Source: Anthoceros angustus (Eukaryota > Plantae > Anthocerotophyta). From it: a DNA stretch of 64,000 bases. The stretch is taken from positions 266,248-330,247 of the forward strand of contig MU008199.1 of assembly GCA_010909165.1 (NCBI GenBank). Reading direction: 5' to 3'. This document shows positions 26,111 to 39,800 of the stretch, in pieces. Both the position numbers and the translations under genes were made by a program. How positions within the stretch are numbered: the first letter of the stretch is position 1; every line of letters starts with the position of its first letter. The notes under the pieces are model-generated. The model searched no databases and was not told where the DNA came from. It worked only from the letters and a program-made list of their open reading frames with translations.

Positions 26111-26479
26111 TGATAGTACAACTTTAGCAAAAATCGCACTTGATCTACGGTGGAAAGATGAAGAGCCTGAGATATGTGTGGTTAACATAGTGAGCCTGTT
26201 TGATGGAGAAGAGGACGATGAAGAAGAAGATTTGCTGTCCATTATGCAAGACTTGCATAAGCTGGAAGATTACAAGGAGTGTTGTAGTATTGAAACAAAC
26301 TCCACACTCCACAATATTACAAATGTAATGGTATCGTATTTCTTTTTACTATACTTTTTACTTTTATTGGGGGTAACCTCGCATTGAAAACCACACACAA
26401 GGAAGGCAAATGCGCTCAATAAATATGCTTCATTTGTGCATAAAATCTAGGATTTGCCACCTATGCTCTAGCACATATA

Positions 26480-26730
26480 TTATTACACAAAAGTGTAGTT
26501 GGATCAGGCTACTGCTGCCCCAATTCTATAAGGAAGGTTTGCTCCCATTCAGCTTCTTTTGAGGCATATGTGAGGCTTTTGTACTTAGCCTCTATGTACG
26601 ACAAGGCAATAGAAGCTTGCTTCTTACAACCCCAGTTGATGGCTACAGATGCTGACAAGAAACAATAGATAAATAAGCTTCTTCTAGAATCACTACCATA
26701 CTCCCAATCTGCATCGGTGAATCCAAAAAT
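26480..26730 (-). mobile_element. Ty1/copia RNase H fragment
   Basis: GFTDADW..SDSRRS..YCFLSASVAINWGCKKQASIALSYIEAKY matches the copia DADW / SKKQxxVALSxxEAEY motifs. Confidence 0.85.
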
Positions 26731-27964
26731 AGGAAGGCAGGAGAAGATTAGCCCGGAAGCCACCTGCATCCCGGATTTCCAACGCCTTTCCATTGTTAGG
26801 TTGTGCTCGAGATTTTCGAGAGAAGCTTAGCTGTTGATGTGTTTGAGTCGACGTGGGTGGCCTTAGCCGGGCTAGCTGACCAGGCTGGCAAGCCATCGCG
26901 ATGCATAAGTAGGAGGAGTACGGAATTTGTTACCAAGCCTGTGGACACAATGTGTACATTTGCTTCCTCCTAAACGACATTGAGCAGGACTAGGCTAGCC
27001 CATTCGGGCCATTTCCTATCCCTGTGTGTTCAGGAGTTTGTTGGAGTTGTTGTTGTATTGGAATTTTTGACGTATGAGAATGTGTTTTTAATTGCCTAGA
27101 TCATTGCCATTAGGCTCGTTTTGTGTGGAATCTTGTGTGCTGAGAAGCTCGATAGCTAGTGGCTAAAGCATCAGAGCATAGCCTTGATTTCCTTGGCCTG
27201 CATATAGCTAGCAAGCATTCAATTTGGCTGCATCATTGGAATCAAGAAATGCGTTTCCGTACTCTGTATAAAAGCTAGTAACTCTATATATGAGCTCTAT
27301 ATAAATATGTGAAGTGAGACGCTCAGCATCATCAAAGAATGTTATGGATATTCATATGGTTTGGAAGTCAGCACACGAAACAATTTGGCCCCAAGAGTCA
27401 TGGAGTCATCCCACATCGATCAGTACATAAAGTGTTTAACCCCAAGCTATTTTTGGACCTTTTTGACGAATTTTATTATTATTTTATAACTAAAAATAGA
27501 AAACTTCGATGGCCCTGTTCTCCTCACGAAGATTGCCGAGGCATTCACTTCACCCCTACCCATAGAAGAAGAATTTTATTTGAGTCCACTAAGGACGAAT
27601 TTCCGTCATGGGACTTGATACTTAACAACTTGCGTGTCTAAGCTACTTGCACGAAGGGCATCCACTACCGTTAAGCACCCTATCTAAGTACCGATCTAAG
27701 CGCAGAATGCTTAATAACGACGTTCTTATGAATGTGTGTCCCTTTGGCATGAGCTATTTGGACACACATTTGGAGAAAAAGTTTAGGCCGCCTGAAGCGC
27801 CCACCTCTAATTGAAGAGAACAGGAGACTTTCCGAAGCTGAACAAGCCGCCATACCGAGAAGCACGGGAGCAGGCAGCTTCGCCAGTGAGACCCACAGGG
27901 GGATCTCACTAACGTGCCGTAGATTGTTGTTAGACTCTCATGTTCCGACAGCGGTCCCTAAACG

Positions 27965-30900
27965 ATGGTCACAGTGTGGGAACCGGACTCATTGTGGACC
28001 CAACAAATTGGTGTGTGTACAGGTATTCGACGAGGAGCTCCCGCCCACCTCATCCCCGGGAGTCAACCCCTGGCAAACAACCAAGCCTCTGTGTTCAGCA
28101 GTGTAAGCAGCCTAGCACTCCCACTTCCGCTGAAATCTGTGGGTGGGGACGGATTTTCCAACGATGTTGGTCGCCAGGGGCAGGAGTTTTCTCTGGACCC
28201 TACCGTGTGGTGGGAGAACAGACGAGATAAGAAGAGCTCCCGTTCGCCCGACTTCCGGCGTAAGGAGTCCGGCTAGGTCCTGTGGTTTGACGGCATGCTC
28301 AAGCCAGCTTGGGTTGATGAGCATCTCGTTTCTTTGGATATGCAGATGGGTCATGTGCCTCTCCTGCCAAGTCGAGCTCTCCGAATAAGCTTGCACCTGG
28401 CAGGCGTGGAAGATTGGGATTGGGACTGTGAGCATGTTATGTCAGCAGGGGAAGCTTTCTGAGGCCGTTGGAGCCCTGGAATCTCTGGCGCAGACAGATC
28501 ACTGCTGTTTCTCAGTCTCTGTTGTACACTGTGCTAAACCTGTGTGCATGAAAGAAGGATTTGGTTGCGGGGCGACGAGTCCATGATCTCACTGGCAAAC
28601 TTGGGTACGAGTCGAATGCATACTTGGGGAACCATATCTTGCGCATGTATGCATGTGGAGGTAGGCCAGAGGAGGCCATGGATGCGCTCAGCAGGGTGGG
28701 CAAACCAGATGCCTTCATGTGGTCTTCCATAATCTTCACATGCGCAAAGCATGGGACACTTATTGAGGCCATACAGCTGTACCATAAATTGCGTAGATCA
28801 GGAGTGAAGGCGGATGCTCACGTCCTTGTTTCTGCCCTCCAAGCTTGTGCATCTGCCGCTGACTTGGAATCTGGTAGAAAAGTGAACCTGTGATGTGATG
28901 CAGAGTGGCATTTCTACTAACTTGTTTGTTGGCAACTGCCTGGAGGACATGTATGCTAAATGTGGCGAACTCAAAGATGCAGGCCAGGGTTTTGACAGCA
29001 TGACCACCAAGGATGTGGTGACATGGAATGCCCTGATATCTGGGTGTGCAAAATGTGGTGAACTGAAAGATGCACGCCACGTTTTTGACAGCATCGCCGC
29101 AAAGGATGTGGTGACGTGGAATGCCCTGATTGCTTGGTATGTGGAGCAAGGGCTTGGACCTGAGGCGCTTGTTGTGTATGAACAAATGGGGCAGATTTTG
29201 GCTGACCATGTTACTTTTGGTTGCGTTCTGAAGGCCTGTACAAGCACTGGTGCCTTACAGAAGAGCAGGCAGCTGCACTCACTGATTGTCGAAAGAGACT
29301 GCTGGATAACGTAAAGGTGGGCTACTACCTTGTGGACTTGTATGCAAAATGTTGCGAACTGAAATATGCACGCCAGGTTTTTGACAGCATGGCCACCAAG
29401 GATGTGGTGACATGGAATGCTCTGATATCTGGGTCTGCAAAATGTGGTGAACTGAACCTTGACAGCATAAACACAAAGAATGTGGTGACATGGAATGCCC
29501 TCATAGCTGGGTATGTCGAGCAAGGGCTCGAACATGAGGCACTTGTTCTGTATGTACAAATGGAGCAAGAGGGGCTGATTTTGGCTGACGCTGTTACTTT
29601 TGCTTGCCTTCTGATGGCCTGTGCAAGCACTGGTGCCTTGCAGAAGGGCAGGCAGCTGCACTCACTGATTGTTGACAGAGGACTGCTGGATAACGGAGTG
29701 TTGGGCAACTCCCTGGTGGACAGGTTTGCAAAATGTGGTGAACTGGAAGATGCACGCCAGATTTTTGACAGCTAACCCTCAAAGGATGTGGTGACCTGGA
29801 ATGCCCTGATAGCTGGGTATGCACAGCAAGGACTCAGCCAAGAGGTGCTTGTTCTGTATGGACAAATGGAGCAAGAAGGCCTCATTTTAGCTGACCATCT
29901 TACTTTTGCTTGCCTTCTGAAGGCCGGTGGAAGCAAGGGTTCCTCTCAGAAGGGCAGGCAGCCATACGTGCAGATTGTTGAAAGAGGATTGCTACATGAT
30001 GTACTGGTGGGCACCTGCCCGGTGGACATGTAAGCTAAACGTGGTGAACTGGAAGATGCTCGCTGGGTTTTTGAAAGCTTGGCCACAAAGGATGTGGTGA
30101 CGTGGATGGCGTTGATTGCTGGGTATGCACAGCAAGAACTCGGCCAGGAGGTGCTTGTTCTGTACGGACTAATGGAGCAAGAAGGCGTCGTTTTGCAAAT
30201 CATGTTACTTTTTCTTGCCTTCTAATGGCCTGTGGAGGCACTGGTGCCTTACGGAAGGGCAGGCAGCTGCACTCACAGATTGTGGAAAGAGGACTGCTGG
30301 GCAGCGTGGTGTTGGGCACCTGCCTGGTGGACATATATGCAAAATGTGGTGAGCTGAAAGATGCACGCCAGGTTTTTGACAGCATGAACACAAAGAATGT
30401 GGTAACATGGATGGCGTTGATTGCTGGGTATGCACAGCAAGAACTCGCCAGGAGGTGCTTGTTCTGTACGGACTAATGGAGCAAGAAGGCGTCGTTTTGC
30501 AAATCATGTTACTTTTTCTTGCCTTCTAATGGCCTGTGGAGGCACTGGTGCCTTACGGAAGGGCAGGCAGCTGCACTCACAGATTGTGGAAAGAGGACTG
30601 CTGGGCAGCGTGGTGTTGGGCACCTGCCTGGTGGACATATATGCAAAATGTGGTGAGCTGAAAGATGCACGCCAGGTTTTTGACAGCATGAACACAAAGA
30701 ATGTGGTAACATGGAATGCCCTGATATCTGTGTATGGTAGTCGTGATTATGGTCAGAGAGCACTAGCTTGTTTTGAGGAGATGTTAGTTGCCGGCAATCG
30801 ACCTGATGGTGCTATTTTTGCTGGCCTTCTAGTTGCATGCAGTCATGAGAGACTGGTGGATGAGGGTCACAAGCACTTTGATTCCATGGCTGAACACCAT

Positions 30901-31506
30901 GGCATCAAACCTACAACGGAGCATTACAATTGCATGATTGATCTTGTTGGGCGTGCAGGCCATTTAGAGGAGGCTGCGAACATACTCTTTTCATGTGAGG
31001 GCCAGAGTGATGTTGTGGGACGTCTTTGTTGAATGCCTGCAAAAGTGACGGGGATATAGACAGGATATAGAGAGGGCGATGCGATGTTTTGAAAGCATCG
31101 TTAGGCTCAACCATCTTAGCGGGCGTCTGTATGTGCGCATGGCCAATGCTTGGGCGGATGCAGGTAGGTGGACCGATGTAGACTGGATCGAAACACAGAG
31201 CATGGTAGCAGGAGCTTACAAGAAACCTGCAGTAGTGAGCATTGTGGCGAAGAACGAGGGACATATGTTTGCAGTAAGAGAGACGAGATGACATTGCGCT
31301 AATGGTAGAGAGAACGAATGCACGTTTGATGAAGCAGGAAGGAGGGCATGTACCCCACACAAAGCTGGGATTGAAGCCATTGTCTGAGAAGGAAAAGGAA
31401 GATGTGCTTTGTGGGCATGCTGAGAAACCAACAGAGACATTGTTGGGATGGGTACCGCGTGCTTCGATTCGCAAATGGCGGTTGCAGTTGTAAGGGTCGA
31501 CCGTGA
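27965..31506 (+). pseudogene. PDF-motif / PLS-PPR / DYW:KP (GRP) pseudogene (copy psi)
   Basis: Same architecture as its neighbours, but with substitution stops (TAG 28274, TGA about 28891, TAA 29773, TAA 30031). It has an internal tandem duplication of about 305 nt (about 30103/30408) and a deletion removing LALAY...CxxCH between HAEK and RDIV. It ends ggtcgaccgTGA (GRP*). Confidence 0.85.
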
Positions 31507-31947
31507 GAAAGGAGGACAATCGAGTGCCCACGTGTGTAGGCCAGAGAATACATAGTGCTTTTTTTCTTGGGGGGTGAAAGTGCTTTCTTGATGCCATCCC
31601 TGCCCAAACAGAAACACGGACATGGATGGCTATTAACACTGATCCACCTCTCGTCATAACAGAGATGGGCAAAATCCCATGAGTTTCTCTTTCCGGGATG
31701 AAGAATTTCAGACTGATAATAGTGAACAGAGCGTCAACTAAGCATATGGACGTGACAACCAAGCAGCTTCCCGTCCAACAAGTGGACGACACAACTTCAC
31801 GTGGTGTTTGCTGTCGTGGGTGATGCACATTTAGATAGTGCAGTGCAAACTTATATATGTACGTACATTCATGGTCATCCCCACACGGTCTTGTCCAGTG
31901 TCCAGTTTGTTCTGGGTCTCTCATCCTCCGAAAGCGGTATCTGTAAG

Positions 31948-34900
31948 ATGGCCACAGTATGGCAACCAGATCCGGTACGTGCCCAACCAATCGGGGCGTG
32001 TACAGGTGTGCGACGAGGAGCTCCCGCTGTCCTTACTTCAGGGAGTCAGCCGCAGGCAAACAACGAAGCCTCAAGGTACAGCAGTGTAAGGAGCCCAGCA
32101 TCACCCAGAAAATCTTTGGCTGGGGAAGGATTGTCCACCGAAGGTCGTCGTCAGGAGCTGGAGCTCTTGTGGAAACAATTTTTTCTGGACCCTACAATGT
32201 GGTGGGACAACAGACGAGGTAAGAAGACATCCCGTTCGCCGGACTTCCGGCGTAAGGGGTCCGGCGAGGTGCTCTGGTTAAACAACTCTTCGAAGCCAGC
32301 TTGGGTGGATGAGACTCTGTGTGTTTTGGATATGCAGATGGATCACGGTGCCTCTACTCCCAATTTGAGCGTAAGCGGTAGGCCGGAGGCAGACAGGCCT
32401 GCAGGAGCCGAATTGGACGTAACGGCTATAACCGTGAGCACATTATGTCATCAAGGGAAGCTTACGGAGGCCGTCGAAGCCCTGGAATTTCTGGTGCAGA
32501 CAGACGGTGGTATTTCTCAGTCTCTGCTTTACATTGTGCTGAAACTGTGTACAGCTAAGAAGGATGTGGTTGTTGGACGACGAGTTCATGATCTTACTAT
32601 CAAACTTGGGTACGAGTCAACTACGTACTTGGGGAACCATATCTTGCGCATGTATGCATGTGCAGGTAGATTACAAGAGGCCATGGATGTGTTCACTAGG
32701 GTGGGCAAACCAGACGTGTTCATGTGGGTTTCCATAATTTCTGCACACGCTAAACATGGGAAACCTTATGAGGCCATACAACTGTACCATGACTTCCGTG
32801 CCTCAGGTGTGAAGGCTAATTCTCATGTCTTTGTAGCTGCCCTTCAAGCTTGTACATTTGCCTCCGACTTGGAATCTGGCCGAAAAGTGCACTCTGATCT
32901 GTTGCGGAGTGGCATTCCTCCTAACTTGTTTGTTGGCAACTGCTTGGTGGGACTGTATGCAAAATGTGGCGAACTAGAAGATGCACGCCTGGTTTTTGAC
33001 AGCTTGGGCACAAGGGATTCAGTCACCTGGACCGCCCTTATAGCTGGTTATGCAAATCATGGGTTTGGTGAAAAGGCGCTGGTTCTGCATGGACAAATGG
33101 AGGAGGAGGGCCTGATTTTGGGCAACCCTGTTACCTTGGCTTGTCTTTTGAAGGCCTGTGCAAGCACTGGTGACCTGGAGAAGGGCAGGCAGCTGCACTC
33201 ACAGATTATGGAAAGAGGACAGCTGGATAGTCTACTGGTGGGGACGTGCCTGGTGGACATGTATGCAAAATGTGGCGAACTGGAAGATGCACGCCAGGTT
33301 TTCGACAGCTTAAGCACAAAGGATGTGGTGACGTGGACGGCCCTCATAGCTGGCTATGCAAATAATGGGCTCGGTCAAGATGCACTCATCCTGTATGGAG
33401 AAATGGAGCAAGAGGGCCTGATTTTGGGTAATCATGTTACTTATTCTTGCCTTCTGAAGGCCTGTGCAAGTACTGGTGCCCTACAGAAGGGCAGGGAGTT
33501 GCACTCCCAGATTGTTGAAAGAGGACTACTGCACAACGTACGGGTGGGCACCTGCCTTGTGGACATGTATGTAAAATGTAGCGAACTGGAAGAGGCACAC
33601 AGCGTTTTCAACAGATTGTCGACGAAGAATGTGGCAACATGGACGGCCCTGATAGCTGGGTATGCACAGCAAGGGCTCTGTCAAGAGGCACTTGGTCTGT
33701 ATGGACAAATGGAGCAAGAGGGCCTGATTCTGGCTGACTCTGTTACATTTTCTTGCCTTTTGAAGGCCTGTGCCAGTGCTGGTGCCTTACAAGAGGGCAG
33801 GCAGCTGCACTCACAGATTGTGGAAAGAGGGCAGCTGAATAACGTGCGGGTGAGCACCTGCCTGGTCGACATGTATGCAAAATGTGGCGAACTGGAAGAT
33901 GCTTGCGGGGTGTTTAACAGTTTGGCCACAAAAGATGTGGCGACATGGACAGCCCTGATAGCTGGGTATGTACAGCAAGGGTTCTGTCAAGAGGCGCTTG
34001 TTCTGTATGGGCAGATGGAGGAGGAGGGCCTGATTGTTGCTGACAGTGTTACTTTTGCTTGCCTTCTGAAGGCCTGTGCAAGCGCTGGTGCCTTGCAAGA
34101 GGGCAGGCAGCTGCACTCCCAGATAGTTGAAAGAGGTCAGCTGGAGAGGGACATGCAGGTGGGCACCTGCCTCGTAGACATGTACGGGAAATGTGGCGAA
34201 CTAGAAGAAGCACGCAGGGTCTTTGACAATTTGGCTGCAAAAGATGTGGCGACATGGACAGCCCTGATAGCTGGATATGCACAAAAAGGCCTCTTGACAG
34301 AGGCAATGGTTCTATATCGAGAAATGGAGGGGGAGGGCCTGATACTTGCTGACTCTGTAACTTTTGCTTGCCTTCTGAATGCCTGTGCCGGCGCCGGTGC
34401 CTTACAAGAGGGCAGGCAGCTGCACTCACGGATTGTGGGAAGAGTAGAGCTAGAAAGGGACATACTGGTGGGCAACTGTCTGGTGGACATGTATGCAAAG
34501 TGTGGCGAACTGGAAGATGCACGGAGGGTTTTTGACAGTTTGGCCAGAAAAGATGTGGTGACATGGAATGCCCTGATAGCTGGGTATGGTACTTCTGATG
34601 AAGGTCACAATGCAGTAGCCTGTTTTGACGAGATGGTAGTTGCTGGTATTCAGCCTGATGAAGCTACTTTTACTTGCCTTTTAGTAGCATGTGGCCATGA
34701 GGGACTGGTAACGGAGGGTCGGAAGCTCTTCGATGCCATGGTAGAGCAGCATGGCATCAAACCTACTATTCAGCATTACAACTGCATGGTTGATCTTCTT
34801 GCACGTGCAGGCCATTTAGATGAGGCAGAGAACATGTTGTTGTCATGTGAGAGCCAAGACGATGTTGTAGGGTTGATGTCTTTGCTAAATGCCTGCAAAA

Positions 34901-35460
34901 GTCACGGGGACATGGAGAGGGCAACTCGGTGTTTTGAAACCATTGTTAAACTGGACCCTCAAGGGGCATCCGCATATGTGCTCATGGCAAATGTCTATGC
35001 AGATGCAGGTATGTGGGCAGATGTAGAGAGAATTGAAAAAAGGAGAATGGTAGCAGGAGCTAGGAAGAAACCTGCAGTGGCAGGCATTGAGGTAAATGAG
35101 CAGGTACATACGTTTGTGGTGGGAGAAAACAGATGATCTCGCTCAAGGTAGAGACCATGAGCGCACGGCTGAAGGAAGAAGGGGCCACGTACCACCAAGC
35201 TGGTGTTGAAGCAACTGTCTGAGAAGGAAAAGGAAGATGCGCTTTGCGGGCATGCTGAGAAGCTAGCGTTGGCGTATGGTCTCTTGAATACTCCAAGCGG
35301 CACACCTCTGATGGTAACGAAGAATCTACGAATGTGCAGTGACTGCCACACGTCGACTGAGATCATGTCTAGGGTTGAAAAAAGAGACATTGTTGTAAGG
35401 GATGGATACCGTGTGCATCGATTCGCAGCTGGTTGTTGCAGCTGCAAGGGTCGACCGTGA
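31948..35460 (+). CDS. Gene A: PDF-motif / PLS-class PPR / E1-E2 / DYW:KP protein ending GRP; candidate organellar U-to-C RNA editing factor (5 internal PLS triplets)
   Basis: Open from ATG 31948 to 35136. The break at 35130-35200 consists of collapsed GA/TC/G/CA runs relative to the otherwise identical 3' end of gene B, so it is probably sequencing error. Motifs KKPAVAGIEV, CGHAEKLALAYGL, CSDCH, CKGRP*. Confidence 0.88.
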
Positions 35461-36109
35461 GAATGACGACAAACTGGCTTATTGTCTGATACGTCAAATG
35501 TTTCACCTTATTTGACGGTGGGATAGGTTTGAACTTCACAGCTTGTAGACACTACCATATGAATGTGGAGACTTTATAAAAGGAACGACATGGGAAATCT
35601 CATCTACGCACTTATTTACCCTATATCTCCCAACCACTCCAGATGTTGTCGCGCGAGATATGGAAGGGTCTACTTACCACTAGTGTTGCCGATGCCGCGT
35701 CTCCAGCACTCGTGATTGTCCTAAAGATTAGCCAACATCCTTTGCAGGGTGATGGAAACTGTTGCTTGAAATATGCCACGACACTAGAAAGGGGAGGCCA
35801 ACCCCTGTCATTGTGGTAGGCCCTTGTGCGCTCCTTGATAAAACGAGAAAAAATCTTACACAAGGGCCCATGGGTTTCAATGGCAAGGGGATGAAAATGT
35901 GACCTTGCTGCATGGGCCTTTACTTGTAAGTTTTCTTAGTTGCGCCTTCCACGACCAACCCGGAGGGTTGATAATTGACATAATTGACATGGTCGCTAAT
36001 GGAGGGTTGATGATTGACATGGTCGCCAGTAATCTTTGGTTGGGTCGGTGACAACCATGTCCGCAATCAAGGCCTCGCTCCCGCATCATGAAAAGGTCAG
36101 CTATGATAG

Positions 36110-36325
36110 AGACGCCATCGAGCAAAGTATACTGCTCCTTGAACGGAAGAAACTCGAGCAAAGTATTGCCTATTCCTTGAACGGAAGAAACCGCTTTCCT
36201 TGGCGGAAGAAACCGCTTTCCTTGACGGAAGGAACCGCCTTAGCGGAAGAAACCGCTTTCCGGAAGAAACCGCTTTCCTTGGCGGAAGAAACCGCTTTCC
36301 TTGGCGGAAGAAACTGCTTGGCCAT
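36110..36325. repeat. Minisatellite of 22-23-nt units GGCGG(G)AAGAAACCGCTTTCCTT (about 7-8 copies), spacer copy 1
   Basis: Directly visible tandem units, preceded by two copies of cgagcaaagtat...ccttgaacggaagaaa. Confidence 0.85.
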
Positions 36326-36821
36326 CGAGAACATGACATCTTAACGGTGGCGTGTGTAGCAATACATTGTCCACCCATTGGACATCGCACTAAGTGGGTC
36401 CTGTGGGCGTCAATGGAGGCCCCATAGCAGCAGGTCGAACCGAGCAGGTTAGTGGACCAGCCCAGGCAAAACCTCGTAGCTGGCCGGAAGAGACCAGCCC
36501 AGGCTTAACCTCATAGCTGGCCGGAAGGAAGAGAATATGCTAGTGGTTGGACAAGTCTGAGTGAAACCTCGTAATGGTAGAAAAGAAGCTAGTGCCACAC
36601 TACAAAATGTATGTACATGATTGAGTAAAGAATATTTTACTAGCTATGTGCATAAACACCTCCATCGGCTTTCGGATGCCGGAATGTGTGTCCTTGCCAT
36701 GGGAAAACCGTTCACATGCACTGCGATTGTGAACAGCGTGTTGTTGGGCATGCACAGTAGCTAGGCATCCTAGCACGGCCCGCACGGTTGCTTGGTCTCT
36801 GAAAGCGGAGCAGGCTGTAAG

Positions 36822-39800
36822 ATGGGCACAGTATTGCAACCAGATCCGGTATGGTCGCGACCAATTGCTGGGTGTACAGGAATTGTAAAAGGAGATACCG
36901 CTCGCTTCACTTTAGGGACCCAGACGGTAGCGCCTAAGGATGCCTCGAGGTGCAGCAGTGTCAGGAACCCAGGACTGCGGAGGAAATCCATGGCTGGGGA
37001 AGTACCCGCCGACGGTCGTCGGCAGGAGCTGGAGCTCTTGTGTCGACAGTTTTTCTGGACCCTACCATGTGGTGGGACAACAGGCGAGGTGAGAAGAGTT
37101 CCCGTTCGCCTGACTTCCGGCGGAAAGGGTCCGGCGAGATCCTCTGGCTAGACAACTCTTCCAATCCCGCTTGGGTGGATGCTCAGCTCGGTGCTCGATA
37201 TGCATATCGGTCATGCTGCCTCCTTCCAAGTCGTGTATTTCCGACAAGCCTGAGCCTCGGAGGCCTGCTGGATCAGAAATGAGCGTAACAGCTGTAACCG
37301 TGAGCACGTTATGTCAGCAAGGAAGCTTACCGAGGCCGTTGTAGCCCTGGAAGAGTTGGCGGAGACATACTTTCCTATTTCTCAGTCTCTGTTGTATACT
37401 GTTCTGAAACTGTGTGCAGCAAAGAAGGATTTGGTTGTGGGGCGACGAGTTCATGATCTCACTGTCAAACTTGGGTATGAGTCGAATACGTACTTGGGAA
37501 ACCACATTTGCGCATGTATGCCTGTGGAGGTAGGTTACAAGAGGCCATGGATGTGTTCACCAGAGTGGGGAAACCCGATGCCTTCATGTGGGGTTCCATG
37601 ATCTCCGCACATGCTAAACACGGAAAGCCTAATGAGGCCATACAACTATACCATGAAATGTGCAGCTCTGGGTGAAACCGGATGCTCACGTCTTTGTAGC
37701 TGCCTCCAAGCTTGTGCACTTGCCACGGACATGGAATCTGGCACAAAGTGCACTCTGATGTGTTGCAGAGTGGCATTCCTCCTAACTTGTTTGTCGGCAG
37801 CTGCCTGGTGGACATGTATGCAAAATGGCGAACTGGAAGGTGCACGCCAGGTGTTTGACAGCTTGGCCACAAGGATGTGGTGACCTGGACGGCCCTGATA
37901 GCTGGGTATGCAAATCATGGGCTCAGTCAAGAGGCGCTTGTACTGTATGAACAAATGGAGCAACAGGGCCTGATTCTGAGTAACCCTGTTACGTTTGCTT
38001 GCCTCCTGAAGGCTTGTGCAAGCACTGGTGACCTGGAGAAGGGCAGGCAGCTGCACTCACAGATTGTGGAAAGAGGAGAGCTAGAACGTGATATATTGGT
38101 GGGGACGTGCCTGGTGGACATGTATGCAAAATGTGGCGAACTGGAAGATGCACGCCAGGTGTTTGACAGCTTGGCCACAAAGGATGTGGTGACATGGACG
38201 GCCCTGATAGCTGGGTATGCAAATCATGGGCTCGGTGAAGAGGCGCTTGTCCTGTATGGAGAAATGGAGCAAGAGGGCCTGATCTTGGGTAACCATGTTA
38301 CTTATTCTTGCCTTCTGAAGGCCTGTGCTAGCACTCGTGCCTTATGGAAGGGCAGGAGCTGCACTCACAGATTGTGGAAAGAGGAGAGCTACAAAATGAC
38401 ATACTGGTGGGCACCTGCCTGGTGGACATGTATGTAAAATGTGGCGAACTGGAAGGTGCACGCCAGGTGTTTGACAGCTTGGCCACAAAGGATGTGGTGA
38501 CATGGACGGCCCTGATAGCTGGGTATGCACAGCAAGGGCTCTGTCAAGAGGCGCTTGTTCTATATGGACACATGGAGCAAGAGGGCCTGATTCTGAGTAA
38601 CCCTGTTACGTTTGCTTGCCTTCTGAAGGCCTGTGCAGTGCTGGTGCCTTACAGAGGGCAGGCAGCTGCACTCACAGATTGTGGGAAGAGGGCTTCTAGA
38701 TAATTTACTGGTTGGCACCTGCCTTGTGGACATGTATGCAAAATGTGGCGAACTGGAAGATGCGCGCCGGGTGTTTGACAGCTTGGCCACAAAGGATGTG
38801 GTGACATGGACAGCCCTGATATCTGGTTATACACAGCAAGGGCTTGGTGAAGAGGCGCTTGTTCTGTATGGACACATGGAGCAAGAGGGCCTGATTCTGA
38901 GTAACCCTGTTACGTTTGCTTGCCTTCTGAAGGCCTGTGCTAGCACTCGTGCCTTACAGAGGGCAGGCAGCTGCACTCACAGATTGTGGGAAGAGGTCTG
39001 CTAGATAACATAGTGGTGGGCACCTGCCTGGTGGACATGTATGCAAAATGTGGCGAACTAGAAGATGCACGCCAGGTGTTTGACAGCTTGGCCACAAAGG
39101 ATGTGGTGACATGGACAGCCCTGATAGCTGGGTATGCACAGCAAGGGCTCTGTCAGGAGGCGCTTGTTCTATATGGACACATGGAGCAAGAGGGCCTGAT
39201 CTTGGGTAACCATGTTACTTTGCTTGCCTTCTGAAGGCCTGTGCTAGCACTCGTGCCTTATGGAAGGGCAGGAGCTGCACTCACAGATTGTGGGAAGAGG
39301 TCTGCTAGATAACATAGTGGTGGGCAACTGCCTGGTGGACATGTATGTAAAATGTGGTGAACTAGAAGATGCACGTAGGGTTTTTCAGAGCTTGACCAGA
39401 AAGGATGTGGTGACATGGAATGCCCTAATAGCTGGGTATGCACAGCAAGGGCTCTGTCAGGAGGCGCTTGTCCTGTATGCCGAAATGGAGCGGGCGCCTT
39501 ATTTTGGCAAATCATATTACTTTACGTGCCTTCTGAAGGCCTGTGCTAGCACTCGTGCCTTACACGAGGGCAGGCAGCTGCACTCACAGATTGTGGAAAG
39601 AGGAGAGCTAGAAAGGACATACTGGTCTGCAACTGCTTGTTGGACATGTATGCAAAATGTGGCGAACTAGACGATGCACAGGTGTTTGACAGCTTGGCCA
39701 CAAAGGATGTGGTGACATGGACGGCCCTTATAGCTGGGTATGCAAATCATGGGCTCGGTGAAGAGGCGCTTGTTCTATATGGACACATGGAGCAAGAGGG

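Noticed and set aside
30911-31990. 359-aa minus-strand ORF, and the many other antisense ORFs over PPR genes
   Set aside because: Shadow frames of the PPR coding strand with no recognisable domain.
36110-36325. Short regular repeats as a CRISPR array
   Set aside because: The units are contiguous with no unique spacers, there are no cas genes, and the context is eukaryotic.
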